Shown: positions 1-9,404 of the stretch, one piece after another | Position numbering within the stretch: the first letter of the stretch is position 1 | Layout: each line of letters begins with the position of its first letter | Origin: Candidatus Marinacidobacterales bacterium | GTDB taxonomy: Bacteria; Acidobacteriota; Vicinamibacteria; Marinacidobacterales; SMYC01 | Assembly: GCA_965237685.1 (NCBI GenBank) | Contig: CBDEGF010000003.1 | Coordinates: 1,276,069 to 1,340,068, forward strand | Direction: 5' to 3' | DNA length: 64,000 bases | Translations under genes and position numbers: made by a program | The notes under the pieces: generated by a model | Seen by the model: the letters and a program-made list of their open reading frames with translations, nothing else | The model's database searches: none | What the model was told of the DNA's origin: nothing

Positions 1-1597
1 CCATGACGTCAGCGGAAGCCTCGAGCGCCGCACGACCCGGATGCCCGGCTGTCCCCAGCTCCGTGCGCCGCAAGACCACCGACATCAAGTCCGGCGCCTG
101 TTCCTCGCGCACCGCGTGGAGAATCTCCGCGCGCAGGACCGCCACATCGGTGGTTACCCGCTCGCGCCCGCGAGGCTCGCTCGCCGCCAGATCGAGGATG
201 TCGCGATAGCCCGTGCCGTAGCTGTAGACGAGGTGTCGGACGACGTCCTCGTCGAGACCGTCGGGCCGACTCGCGATCGCCTTGCTGACGAAGTCGTCGA
301 ACCGATCGATATCGCCACCTTGTAGCGGCGTCGTTGCAGAGCTCGAGGCGCGTGCAGCCTTCCCGAGAACGTCAAACGCACGGTCGATCGCCTTCTCCGC
401 TACATCGCGAGCCGTCGTGTACTTCACCCCAACCACGGAGACGAGCCCCTCGATGCCTTCCCGACGATGGTCGACCACCCGATAGCCCTTCTGGAGAGTG
501 ACCGCGCTTCCGCTCGACAGGCCGGTCTTTCTCGGGAGGAGACCTCGATGCACGAGTCGCACATCGTCGCGTACGAGCTTTGTACCTGGATAGGCTTCGT
601 TCACCTCGTCCAGAAGCTCCTGCACATCCTCCTCGGTGGCCTCCAGACTGTCCGCATCACCGTCATAGGGTTTGTGACTCGTTCCAACGAGCGCACTTCC
701 CCGCCAGGGAATCACACAGAGAAACCGACCTCCCTTGTCGATGACCGCGTCGGTGTCTTTATGCGCGCGCTTGCTCGTAATCCCGAGCGCTACATTCTCA
801 ACGAGCGGCCGGGTCACCAGATTCAAAGCCTTCGAGAAGTAAAACAGCTTCGGAAGAGCGCCTTCGGAGAGCTCCGCCAGGAGCCGGTCGACCCAAGGCC
901 CGGCGGCGTTGAGAACCGCGCGTCCACGAATATCGAAGGTATCCCCGGTGCGTCGATCGTTCACGTGAACGCCCTCGATGCGGTCCCCGCGGCGCAAGAG
1001 TCTCGAGGCCTCGACATCGTTCGCGACCACCGCCCCGCGATGGGCGGCCGAGAGGACGAAGGACAGTGTCATCCGCTCGGAGTTGTACATCTGGGCGTCG
1101 TACCAGAGGGCCCCTCCGGTGAGCCCCTCCGAGGCAACGCCTGGGAGCAATCGCAGGCATTCCTCCCGACCGAGCGTGCGTCCGGGCGGGAGATGCTTTT
1201 GCGGATCGTCGAGGGTGTTCCGGTCCAGCCCGACCACATCGTTGAGCGCCAGCGCGACCCGAAGGGCCAGGCGACTCTGCTTCAGATTCCCTCGATACGT
1301 CGGCACGACGAACGGAAGCGGGTGCACGAGGTGCGGGGCGATGCGCATGAGCGTCCGGCGCTCCCGGATCGACTCGCGCATCCGGCGGAAATCGGCGTGC
1401 TGGAGATAGCGTAGACCCCCGTGGATCGTCTTCAAGTTGTTGAAAGAAGTGGCGCTTCCGAAGTCTCCACGGTCGATGAGCGCGACGGAGAGCCCCCGGA
1501 GCGTGGCGTCCCAGGCGGCCGCGGCGCCGTAGATTCCGGCCCCTACGACCACCAGGTCGAACGTCTGGTTGGAAAGAGCGTTGAGGTTTCTCTTCAT
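1..1597 (-). CDS. glpD: FAD-dependent glycerol-3-phosphate dehydrogenase (GlpD/GlpA family). 5' (N-terminal) ~530 codons only; the 3' end lies beyond the window start
   Basis: Minus-strand translation from the ATG (revcomp at 1595-1597) reads MKRNLNALSNQTFDLVVVGAGIYGAAAAWDATLRGLSVALIDRGDFGSATSFNNLKTIHGGLRYLQHADF... This has the GxGxxG FAD fold and the HGGLRYL motif typical of GlpD. The frame stays open to position 1. It is absent from the ORF track because it has no stop in the window. Confidence 0.8.
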   Translation of the reverse strand, partial: MKRNLNALSNQTFDLVVVGAGIYGAAAAWDATLRGLSVALIDRGDFGSATSFNNLKTIHGGLRYLQHADFRRMRESIRERRTLMRIAPHLVHPLPFVVPTYRGNLKQSRLALRVALALNDVVGLDRNTLDDPQKHLPPGRTLGREECLRLLPGVASEGLTGGALWYDAQMYNSERMTLSFVLSAAHRGAVVANDVEASRLLRRGDRIEGVHVNDRRTGDTFDIRGRAVLNAAGPWVDRLLAELSEGALPKLFYFSKALNLVTRPLVENVALGITSKRAHKDTDAVIDKGGRFLCVIPWRGSALVGTSHKPYDGDADSLEATEEDVQELLDEVNEAYPGTKLVRDDVRLVHRGLLPRKTGLSSGSAVTLQKGYRVVDHRREGIEGLVSVVGVKYTTARDVAEKAIDRAFDVLGKAARASSSATTPLQGGDIDRFDDFVSKAIASRPDGLDEDVVRHLVYSYGTGYRDILDLAASEPRGRERVTTDVAVLRAEILHAVREEQAPDLMSVVLRRTELGTAGHPGRAALEASADVM

Positions 1598-1838
1598 CCC
1601 TGTTTTGCCGCTGGCATCACTTATCCCTCGCTCGCCTCTTCGGCTCGCTCGGCCTGCGCCCTCCGGCGACAGGCGCCTGCTCGCCTTCGCCAGCACCGAG
1701 ACTCTGCCAGGATTCGGCGGGTCCGACGAAGCCTTGGCGAAGTCGGACGGGCGAGCTGGAGAACTAGCCTCTATCAACAATCGAACGGCAAAGGTACCGG
1801 CCTGCTATCAGTTAACCTTATATAATAGTCCGTTCCGT

Positions 1839-2651
1839 ATGGCTGAAACGGCAGCTTTGGTGCGCGACGAGCTTCGACTCGAGCCCGGATCTCCCCTGGC
1901 CGAGGTCCAGAAGTACTGGAACGAGCGCATTCATGACCTCGAGATGACGTCGCAGCCGCCCGGATCGCCGGAGTTCTTCGAGGATCTCGACGAGTACCGT
2001 TTCGACAAGCTCCGCTACCTCCCCCAGCTCGTCGATTTCGGCGGCTACCGGGGCAGAAAGCTGCTGGAGCTCGGCTGTGGCATCGGGACCGACCTGGTGC
2101 GCTTCGCATCTGGAGGGGCCGTCGCCACCGGGGTCGACCTGTCCACGACCGCTCTCAGTCTCGGCGCTCTCAATGCGAAGGCCGCCGGCGTGACCATGGA
2201 ACTCCAGCTGGCCAATGGAGAAGCGCTCCCCTTTGATGATGAGTCCTTTGACGTCGTGTACGGGCACGGCGTCCTGCAGTATACGGCCGAGCCCGAGCGG
2301 ATGGTGGCCGAGGCCCGGCGGGTGCTTCGAAAGGATGGCGAGGCCATCTTCATGGTTTACAACCGCATCTCGTGGCTGAACTTCCTGTCGAAGCTCATGA
2401 ACGTCCAGCTCGAGCACGAAGACGCGCCGCTGCTCCGCAAGTACTCGATCGGGGAGTTTCGAAAGCTCCTTTCCCCGTTCGACGTCGTCCGCATCGTTCC
2501 GGAGCGCTTCCCGGTGAGATCGCGTCTCCACGGAGGGTGGAAAGGTTTCTGCTTCAACCGGCTCTTCGTTGGCACGTTCAACATGCTTCCCCGCTCGCTC
2601 CTTCGTCGCTTCGGATGGCATTTGATGGGTTTTTGCGAGAAAAGCGCGTGA
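1839..2651 (+). CDS. class I SAM-dependent methyltransferase
   Basis: ORF track 1569..2651. The internal Met at 1839 (MAETAAL...) avoids overlap with glpD. Motif I LELGCGIGTDL is present, followed by DVVYGHGVLQY and LRKDGEAIF motifs. AT-rich divergent promoter region lies at 1800-1838. Confidence 0.75.
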   Translation: MAETAALVRDELRLEPGSPLAEVQKYWNERIHDLEMTSQPPGSPEFFEDLDEYRFDKLRYLPQLVDFGGYRGRKLLELGCGIGTDLVRFASGGAVATGVDLSTTALSLGALNAKAAGVTMELQLANGEALPFDDESFDVVYGHGVLQYTAEPERMVAEARRVLRKDGEAIFMVYNRISWLNFLSKLMNVQLEHEDAPLLRKYSIGEFRKLLSPFDVVRIVPERFPVRSRLHGGWKGFCFNRLFVGTFNMLPRSLLRRFGWHLMGFCEKSA

Positions 2652-2974
2652 CGGGCGCCTCGAAGCCGTTCGCTCTCTATGACCTTCGGGTGACGGTGGT
2701 CGAGATCAAGGGTCGATCGGTATGCGGGATGAAGGTCGGCGACTGGTTCGAGGTGCGACAGAGCAGCCAGCTGCGCCTGCCACCTGAGCGCCATTTTTGC
2801 ATGTATGCTCTCGCCGCCGTTTTGCCACTGCTGCCGGCGAAGCAGCGCGAGCTCGATGCCAACGACTGGCTCGAATCGGACAGTCTGGTGGCATGCCCCG
2901 ATCCCGACGAGCAGCTCATCATGCGCATCGAAAGGCTGGAAAAGGTCGCACTGAACGCTACAGAGTTAACGTGA
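2648..2974 (+). CDS. TIGR04076 family small protein (start ambiguous: GTG 2648 overlapping the methyltransferase stop, or ATG 2615)
   Basis: The translation LYDLRVTVVEIKGRSVCGMKVGDWFEV...FCMYALAAV...WLESDSLVACPDPDEQLIMRIERLE matches the remembered TIGR04076 pattern (KITV.K, CP.F..GDEF, FC..A, ACC.DG.RPV.F..ER). GTG at 2648 overlaps the TGA of the upstream gene (GTGA), suggesting translational coupling. Confidence 0.6.
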   Translation: MTGASKPFALYDLRVTVVEIKGRSVCGMKVGDWFEVRQSSQLRLPPERHFCMYALAAVLPLLPAKQRELDANDWLESDSLVACPDPDEQLIMRIERLEKVALNATELT

Positions 2975-3004
2975 ACAACCGAAAGGAGAGTAAGAAAGCG
3001 ACAG

Positions 3005-3118
3005 GTTCCGTGCCCGTAAACGAGCCCGAGCCTGAGCCCGAATGCTGCGGTATCGTCCGTGCCGATCCGTGGCAAAGGAGAACGGGCACGGGCTGGGGCA
3101 CGGGCTCGGGCTCGGAAA
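3005..3118. other. GC-rich extended imperfect inverted repeat (potential RNA structure or terminator) between the TIGR04076 gene and the LLM oxidoreductase gene
   Basis: cgtgcccg (3006-3013) pairs with cgggcacg (3080-3087). gagcccgagcc (3022-3032) pairs with ggctcgggctc (3101-3111). A 25-codon ORF (ATG 3042, MLRYRPCRSVAKENGHGLGHGLGLGK) lies inside. Confidence 0.3.
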
Positions 3119-3130
3119 GTAATACAGGTA

Positions 3131-4114
3131 ATGCCCCTAGGTATCGCCTTCCAGAGCGACAAAACGCTCCAGGAATACCGCGAGCTGGCCGAGCTGGTCG
3201 CCCGCTACGATTTCGAGACGGCTTCGATCTACCAGGACCTCTTCTACCAGCCGCCCTGGCCGGGATTGCTGCAGTTCGCCGAACGAACAAGGAGACCCCT
3301 CGTCGGCCCGGCCGCTCTGAACCCCTACCTCACCCACCCGCTAGTTGCGGCCGGCAATCTGGCGGTGCTGGACCAGGCCAGCGGAGGCCGCGCGTACCTG
3401 GGCGTCGTACGTGGCGCGTTCTTCGAATCCATCGGTGTCGCGCAGCCGAGGCCTCTCAGAGCCATGCGCGAGATGGTCGAGCTCGTGCAACGCTTTCTTC
3501 GAGGTGACCGCACGCCCTACGAAGGCGACATCTTTCGGGCATCGAAAGACGCATACCTCCGCTTTCCAGTACCTGGACGCGACCTTCCCGTCATGCTGGG
3601 CGGCTGGGGACCAAAGGTGGCGCGGCTCGCCGGCGAGATCGCCGACATGTTCAAGGTTGGTGGCTCCGCAAACGCCGAAGCGGCACCGTTGGTTCGGCGG
3701 TGGCTCGATGAAGGTGCGACATCAGCGGGACGCCTTCGGCCGAAGCTCGTCTTCGGCGCCGTCACCGTCGTCGACCGCGACCGGGCCACCGCCGAGCGGA
3801 TTGCTCGCCGCGAGGTCGCCATGTACGTCGCGGTCACGAGCCGAATGGATCCCGTCTACCGCCTGCCGGCCGAAGAGCTGACCGAGTTCGACGACGCGAT
3901 GAGCTCCGGCGATCCGGAGCGGGCGGGAGAGGCTCTCTCGCTCACGACCCTCCGCCGCTTCTCGTGCTTCGGTACCCCTGAAGACATCGCGGAGCACCTG
4001 AAGGAAATGTTCGACGCCGGCGTCGACCTCTTCGAGCTCGGCACACCGCACGGGGCCAACGAAGTCGAGGCCGTTCGGCTCCTGGGTGAAGCCGTCCTGC
4101 CCCTGCTTGCCTGA
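3131..4114 (+). CDS. LLM-class (luciferase-like) flavin/F420-dependent oxidoreductase
   Basis: ORF track 3059..4114. Met at 3131 (MPLGIAFQSDKTLQEY...). TIM-barrel luciferase-like pattern is present (GVVRGAF, LGGWGPKVARLAGEIADMF, FGTPEDIAEHL). Confidence 0.8.
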   Translation: MPLGIAFQSDKTLQEYRELAELVARYDFETASIYQDLFYQPPWPGLLQFAERTRRPLVGPAALNPYLTHPLVAAGNLAVLDQASGGRAYLGVVRGAFFESIGVAQPRPLRAMREMVELVQRFLRGDRTPYEGDIFRASKDAYLRFPVPGRDLPVMLGGWGPKVARLAGEIADMFKVGGSANAEAAPLVRRWLDEGATSAGRLRPKLVFGAVTVVDRDRATAERIARREVAMYVAVTSRMDPVYRLPAEELTEFDDAMSSGDPERAGEALSLTTLRRFSCFGTPEDIAEHLKEMFDAGVDLFELGTPHGANEVEAVRLLGEAVLPLLA

Positions 4115-4427
4115 CAAGGAAACTGCCAGGACTCGGGAGAAAACATAACGCAAAGGCGCAAAGAGAAACAGGGCACCCACCCGACCCGGAACGCGGCCAA
4201 TCGAATCCGTGGAAGGTCTATCTCCGGAATTCAACGCAGCCGCCTTCGCCAAGGCTTCGGCGAGCCTCGCCGAAGTCGTTGCCAGATGTCGAGCGGGGCA
4301 ACGACGAAGGCGGGAGGCGCAGAGAGACCCGTAGACAGCAGCCCCTGAAGAAAGTCGCCAAAGAGATCACACGGAACCCCGGAATCGGGGAACCCCGGTT
4401 CTGAGGCGTTATCTACGGACCGCAGCC

Positions 4428-4976
4428 CTAGCGAGATGGCGACTTGCAGGGCGATGGCCAGCTCTCGCAGGGGCCGACGTCTCCTATCCGCGTGTACATC
4501 AGCTTGCTCGAGCTCTGGCCACCAGCGTTCGTCGTAGTCACCTCGATCTCAAGGGTTCGACCATCGGAACTCAGCCCGAGGACCTCCTTCACCTCGATTG
4601 CGGTCGTGGTAGCGCCGGGCGTGGATTCTAGAACGCCTTCGCTGACGAGGATCCGGCCCTCCCATCGCGAGGTCATCGTGATGCTGCCGACCTGCCCCAT
4701 GAACACGGGCGTGGAGCTCTCGCCGTCCGGCTTGTAGATTCGCGCGTGGCTCTCGTTGAACTGACTCTCGACCACAAGCGTGCCGTTGGCAGCATGGGTG
4801 ACGTGGAGCGTGTCCGGCGCCCCGGCCGCGATGAGACCCGCCAGAGCCGCCGTCTCCGAGATGCGACTGCGGCTCGCATCCAGTCTCCACGTGCCCGAGA
4901 AGTCCGGTGGCTGCGCAAAGACGAAGCCGACCTGGGCCACGACCACCGCCGCGATAATTGAGGCTTTGTACTTCAT
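4428..4976 (-). CDS. secreted hypothetical protein (signal peptide; lipocalin-like FSGTWRLD motif)
   Basis: ORF track. N-terminal MKYKASIIAAVVVAQVGFVFAQP signal peptide followed by FSGTWRLDASRS. Confidence 0.5.
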   Translation of the reverse strand: MKYKASIIAAVVVAQVGFVFAQPPDFSGTWRLDASRSRISETAALAGLIAAGAPDTLHVTHAANGTLVVESQFNESHARIYKPDGESSTPVFMGQVGSITMTSRWEGRILVSEGVLESTPGATTTAIEVKEVLGLSSDGRTLEIEVTTTNAGGQSSSKLMYTRIGDVGPCESWPSPCKSPSR

Positions 4977-4999
4977 GAGCTCTGCGTCCCTCTCAGAAG

Positions 5000-6313
5000 C
5001 TACTGCGCTCCCAGATCGAGCGCGACGATCCGCTCTCGGTCGCGCGCGTAGAGAGTCGTCCCGACCAGAGAGGGGGAGCTCCAGGACGTCGTGTCGAAGA
5101 GCCTGGTCTGTGACAGGACGGTCACGCCCCCCGGCGAGAGCCTCGCGAGTGCCAGATCACCGTCCTCATCCAGGATGATGGCCTTGTCATCCGCGTAGAT
5201 GATGCTTGAACGCCCGAAGCCACGGTGCTGCCACGCTGCCTCCCCGGTCTTTGCGTTGAGTGCGGTGAGGAACGCCGGACCAAATTCTCCGCTGGTGCCG
5301 TACACGTAGTCGTCCAGCCGGAGAGCGCTGAGGAACATGAAGCGCGTGCGTTTCGTGAACCACAGCTCTTCGGCCAGAGTGATGTCGCCCTTCTGTGTCA
5401 GCCGGATGGCTCTGCTACCCGCCTTATACGCCGAGGATACGATCAGGATGTTGTCCGGGCCCCACAAAGGCGTGCTGAAATTGAGGTCGTTACCCGGGTC
5501 GTGTGGAAGGGACCAGAGCAACTTTCCGTTGGTGGGATCCATCCCGTTGACAGTCCCACCTCCGAGGACGACCAGCTGGGGCCGGCCCGCAACTTCGATC
5601 AGGATCGGCGGCGCCGCCGACGTCAGAAAGTCGCCGCTCTTCCACACCACTGCGCCATCGTGCTGCCGGAAGGCCATCACCGACTGCCCGGGTCCGCCGA
5701 CGCTGCAGATGATGGTGTCCCCGAAAGCGATCGGGCTGCAGCCGTATCCCGCCTTCACGATCGGCCGGATGAGCAGCGACGGGGAGCCGAACTCCTGGAC
5801 GAGGTCGTGCGCCCAGAGGACCTCACCGGTGCGCGTGTCGAACGCGTAGAGCTGCTTGTTGGTGCCTATGGTAAACACACGATCGCCGACGACGAGCGGC
5901 GTCGAGTGCGGGCCAGCGCCGAAGTTGAAATTCGCGTGCTCCGATGGGTACTTGTGCTTCCAGATCGTCTTGCCTGTTCCGGCATCGAGGGCGATGACGA
6001 TCTCCTCGGCGTCCCATGGACCACCTCGCTCCCGGCCGTTGCCCACCCGATACATGGTGAACAACCGGTCCTCGTCCGTAACGATGGCCGAGTGGCCAGT
6101 ACCGAGCGGACGGCTCCAGATGACACGCGGTCCCGCCTCAGGCCACTTCTCCGCCAGCCCGGTCGCGTCGGCGATGAAGTCGCGATTCGGCCCGCCCCAC
6201 TGCGGCCACGAGCTCTTCATCGGCAAGCCCTGAGCGTTCACCCGGCCGCTGGATCCCGGAGGTTGCCAGATCAACAACATCCCGCCGAGCCAGGTGAGAA
6301 GCATCTGTCGCAT
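5000..6313 (-). CDS. PQQ-like beta-propeller repeat protein (BamB-like fold), secreted
   Basis: ORF track 5000..6349. Likely start is M13 (MRQMLLTWLGGMLL...). Repeated G..W.....G motifs (TGKTIWKH, TGEVLWAH, NGKLLWS, TGEAAWQH). Confidence 0.75.
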   Translation of the reverse strand: MRQMLLTWLGGMLLIWQPPGSSGRVNAQGLPMKSSWPQWGGPNRDFIADATGLAEKWPEAGPRVIWSRPLGTGHSAIVTDEDRLFTMYRVGNGRERGGPWDAEEIVIALDAGTGKTIWKHKYPSEHANFNFGAGPHSTPLVVGDRVFTIGTNKQLYAFDTRTGEVLWAHDLVQEFGSPSLLIRPIVKAGYGCSPIAFGDTIICSVGGPGQSVMAFRQHDGAVVWKSGDFLTSAAPPILIEVAGRPQLVVLGGGTVNGMDPTNGKLLWSLPHDPGNDLNFSTPLWGPDNILIVSSAYKAGSRAIRLTQKGDITLAEELWFTKRTRFMFLSALRLDDYVYGTSGEFGPAFLTALNAKTGEAAWQHRGFGRSSIIYADDKAIILDEDGDLALARLSPGGVTVLSQTRLFDTTSWSSPSLVGTTLYARDRERIVALDLGAQ

Positions 6314-6688
6314 CGATGACCACCTCGGCCGGCCGCCGCTCGCTCGCATGGTTCACCTCGTCAACGCCGAGACTGTGATTCAGGCCGCGCGCATCATATG
6401 CGCGGGGCCTCCGAGCGCATTACAGCATGTCTTTTGACACGGTCCAACTACTGGATCAATCGTGCGGAAGTGACTGTTCACCCTTCACCATCCGGTTTCC
6501 GCGCTCGAGGGACGGGAGAGTAGAAAGGGCAGTTGGCCACCGGCTGAGGCGGATACCTTGGGGTCGCCGGCTGTGCGCACATCATGAACACCGAGCCGCG
6601 CTTGGCACGTATCAGGCAGAGGTGGACGCAGCCGTGGCACTGGCTCTCCCGAAACGGAGGCGTCCCCGGCTCGGTCACCGGAATTGTC

Positions 6689-6994
6689 TCAACCCGCCGC
6701 TTCCCACCGGCCGGTCTCGGCCGCCGCGATGGTCCAGTCTCGATGCAGGTGATTCGGCAGCGGGTTGTACACGGCATCGATGTCCGGGTCCGCAAGCAGC
6801 TCGTCGTAAGAACCGTAGGCCTTCGACAGTCCCAGGACCTTGGCAGCCGCCTCTGCCCTCCCCCGATCGCGAGATGCGATCGCCACGATCTCCGCGCACT
6901 CGCCGTCTTTCATGGCCGGAATCACTTTCTCGGTGGCGATTTTCGCGACACCGAGCACTCCCCAACGGACCTTCCGCATTCGTCCTCCCGACAC
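6689..6994 (-). pseudogene. Gfo/Idh/MocA-family oxidoreductase, N-terminal Rossmann fragment only (~95 aa, then a stop)
   Basis: VRWGVLGVAKIATEKVIPAM...AEIVAIASRD...YGSYDELLADPDIDAVYNPLPNHLH matches the N terminus of the family. The expected AGKHV..EKP continuation is absent in every frame. Confidence 0.6.
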
Positions 6995-7081
6995 CCAGGC
7001 GCGGGACTCTAGGGCAGGCTGTCCCGGGTTTCATACGTGAGCACAGCCGTCACCGGAGCGAGGCCAGGAGTGACCAGTTCC

Positions 7082-7917
7082 CTACGCCAGGATCTCGCTG
7101 ATGACCTTCCCGTGCACATCGGTGAGCCGCATGTCTCGACCGTTGAAACGGTAGGTCAGATTCTCGAAGTCGAGACCGAGGATGTGAAGGATGGTCGCAT
7201 GCAGCTCGTAGATGGATTTGGGATTCTCGACCGCCTGGTATCCGTACTGTCGGTGGCACCGACCACCGTTCCCCCTTTTATGCCGCCACCCGCCAGCCAC
7301 ACGCTGAAGCCTTTGTTGTTATGGTCGCGCCCATCCATGCGCTCGGAGATCGGCAGTCGGCCAAACTCGCCGTGCCAGACGATCAGCGTGTCGTCGAACA
7401 GACCGTGGCTCTTGAGATCCTTGATGAGCCCGGCGAGGGGTTTGTCGGTCTCCGCGCAGTGTAACCCGTGATTCGTTTTCAAATCCCAGTGCGCGTCCCA
7501 GCTCGGCTCGAAGTTCCCGCCGCCCGAGAAGATCTGGACATACCGCACCCCGCGCTCCACGAGCCGCCGGGCCATGAGCGCCTGTCGGCCGAAGTAGTCG
7601 GTCGGCTCCTCGCTGATGCCATACAGCCTCTTCGTCGCCTCCGACTCCGAGCGGATGTCGATCGCCTCCGGCGCGTGGGTCTGCATGCGGTAGGCGAGCT
7701 CGTACGAGTACGTGCGTGCCAAGAGCTCCGTGTCCAGCGGATCCGTTTCGGCGTACTTCGCCAACGCCTAAACCTGTCGCGCGAGGGCATCCGCGCTTCT
7801 CTGCCCCGTCGGAATCGGCTCGTCCTGACCCGCTTCCGAGCTCGGCGCAGCCACGACGACCGAGACGGCAGCGACCAGCAACCAGGCCTGGAATACGACA
7901 CGGTACAGCGTCAACAT
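7082..7917 (-). pseudogene. DUF1501 (sulfatase-like) protein remnant. It has a signal-peptide-like piece, an in-frame TAG, is missing its N-terminal half, and has a frameshift near 7260.
   Basis: Two minus ORFs (7156..7764 and 7082..7300) in different frames together give the DUF1501 C-terminal half: ...[21 protein letters not shown]...[49 protein letters not shown]. The upstream piece MLTLYRVVFQAWLLVAAVSVVVAAP...ARQV ends in TAG directly before ALAKYAETDP... Confidence 0.65.
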
Positions 7918-7954
7918 GTCCTCCGTCGTCGGAGTCCCCAGCGTACGATGACCC

Positions 7955-8206
7955 CTACCAGATCCGCCACGGCAAGTCCTTTCGGTCGAAGTACATGAAG
8001 TACGGGTAGCCCTCGCCGATGTCGTAGTAGTTATGCTGCTGCCAGTGGCTGGGGAGCAAGCGCACGCCCTGGTAGTCGAAGGGCTCGAGCAGCAGGTTCG
8101 GCGCGCTCGACCCGCGCCCCGCTTCGGTCCGGCCGACATAAGCCAACCCCGCCGCCGCGGCAGGCAAAGAAGCTGCGAATTCCCGCCTAGTTACACCGTC
8201 TCCCAT
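7955..8206 (-). pseudogene. N-terminal fragment (83 aa) of a Tat-secreted protein, possibly a glycoside-hydrolase N terminus
   Basis: MGDGVTRREFAASLPAAAAGLAYV twin-arginine-like signal, then LLEPFDYQGVRLLPSHW. The ORF stops after 83 codons with no plausible continuation. Confidence 0.35.
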
Positions 8207-8424
8207 CGGGCCTCCCGCAAGCGAGAACGATCACTCGAAACGGACAAAAAGATCCTAGCTCACCGCGGACAAGAAATCGATGGGAGTCATCACGATCGTG
8301 CTCCTCGCCGTGCCCCACTCGGGCGGTTTGAGGAGTAACCCTCATAGCTTCCCGGGACCGCCTTGTCTGGCTTCGCACTTTTTCCTACCGTCCACCGTTA
8401 TTTGCGGAGGATCCCGAGCTCCGA

Positions 8425-8590
8425 ATGCGTTTCGAGCGTGAGGCCCGCACGATCGCGGCCCTCAACCATCCACACATCGTGACCGTTCACTCCGTCGAGG
8501 AGGCCGACGGTGTGCATTTCCTCACGATAGAGCTCGTCCGTGGAAAGAGAGTCTCCGAGCTCATCCAGCGGGGTGGCATGGCGCTCGCGA
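8425..8590 (+). pseudogene. Ser/Thr protein kinase catalytic-domain fragment (~55 aa)
   Basis: RFEREARTIAALNHPHIVTVHSVEEADGVHFLTIELVRGKRVSELI corresponds to kinase subdomains III-V. No VAIK lysine region upstream and no HRDLKPEN downstream in any frame. Confidence 0.5.
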
Positions 8591-8933
8591 CCTCGTCATG
8601 TCCAAAAACCGGAACGGCGAGCAAGCACAGTCGCTTGGCAGACTCGGGAAGGAGAAAATCCACGAGCCACGGCTCGTGGAGTCCTCCTGGCCGGTCGCAG
8701 TAGCCCTCGGAACAGGCCTGGCCCGACTCGCGGGCTCACTGCCGATTGCTCGGGAAGCTTGTGCCTGCGCTCCCCAAGTCCGCGAGCGATCCCGCCGAGC
8801 TCTAGGCCGCTTGGCGGTAGTAGTACCGGAACATCCCCCCGAGCCGGCCCGAGCATCACGAGCCCATCACCAACCCCTCGATTCAAGGAAGTTACCTGCA
8901 TGGTCGCTTCCGCGAGACCTCTGGAGGTTCATC

Positions 8934-9404
8934 ATGCCTGACGAAGGCGATCTGGCGGCGATGCGCGATCCCGCCGCCAAAGAGCTTCTGCAATCGACCA
9001 TCCCGGCCCGTCTTGCTTACAACTGGAGCGATGGCACGTCTCGAGTCGTGCCCATTTGGTTCTACTGGACGGGCGAGGAAATCTTGCTCGGAAGTCCGCT
9101 CGGGGCTCCCAAGATTCGAGTGCTGGAGCAAAACTCCAAAATCGCGCTCACCATCGATGACGAGAAATATCCCTACAAGGTGCTGACGATTCGCGGCACG
9201 GCAACCGTCGATACGGTGGACAGCGTTTTTCCCGAGTATGCCGCGATTGCCAGGCGCTACCTGGGCGAGGAGGGGGGCGAGGGATTCTTGGAGCAGTTCC
9301 GAGCGACATTTCCGCAGATGGCCCGTATCGCTATTCGGCCGGAAGTCGCGAGGATCGTGGATCTGAGCCGCCCCAGTCACTTTCCGAGTGCCTGGCGGCT
9401 CTAG
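8934..9404 (+). CDS. pyridoxamine 5'-phosphate oxidase family (FMN/F420-binding split-barrel) protein
   Basis: ORF track 8598..9404. Met at 8934 follows a GGAGG RBS. PARLAYNWSDGTSRVVPIWFYWTGEEILLGSP...IALTIDDE is a PNPOx-like pattern. Confidence 0.75.
   Translation: MPDEGDLAAMRDPAAKELLQSTIPARLAYNWSDGTSRVVPIWFYWTGEEILLGSPLGAPKIRVLEQNSKIALTIDDEKYPYKVLTIRGTATVDTVDSVFPEYAAIARRYLGEEGGEGFLEQFRATFPQMARIAIRPEVARIVDLSRPSHFPSAWRL

Noticed and set aside
467-1414. 315-aa plus-strand ORF (and 978..1409, 798..1160) overlapping the glpD region
   Set aside because: It is antisense to, or out of frame with, a well-supported GlpD coding sequence. The translation is R/G/P-rich low-complexity text typical of spurious ORFs at 65% GC.
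1818-2621. 267-aa minus-strand ORF opposite the methyltransferase
   Set aside because: Antisense shadow ORF. No motifs.
2797-3507. 236-aa plus ORF spanning the GC-rich spacer and the LLM gene start
   Set aside because: It runs through the hairpin region and 375 nt of the LLM gene in another frame. Arg/Gly-rich nonsense.
5225-6319. 364-aa plus ORF opposite the PQQ-propeller gene
   Set aside because: Antisense to a gene with clear repeat motifs.
6478-6795. 105-aa minus ORF with a C..C...C cluster (QCHGCVHLCLIRAKRG...) that looked faintly zinc-finger-like
   Set aside because: It overlaps the Gfo/Idh/MocA fragment in another frame. The Cys spacing does not match CGNR or other zinc-ribbon families I can recall. 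Probably non-coding.
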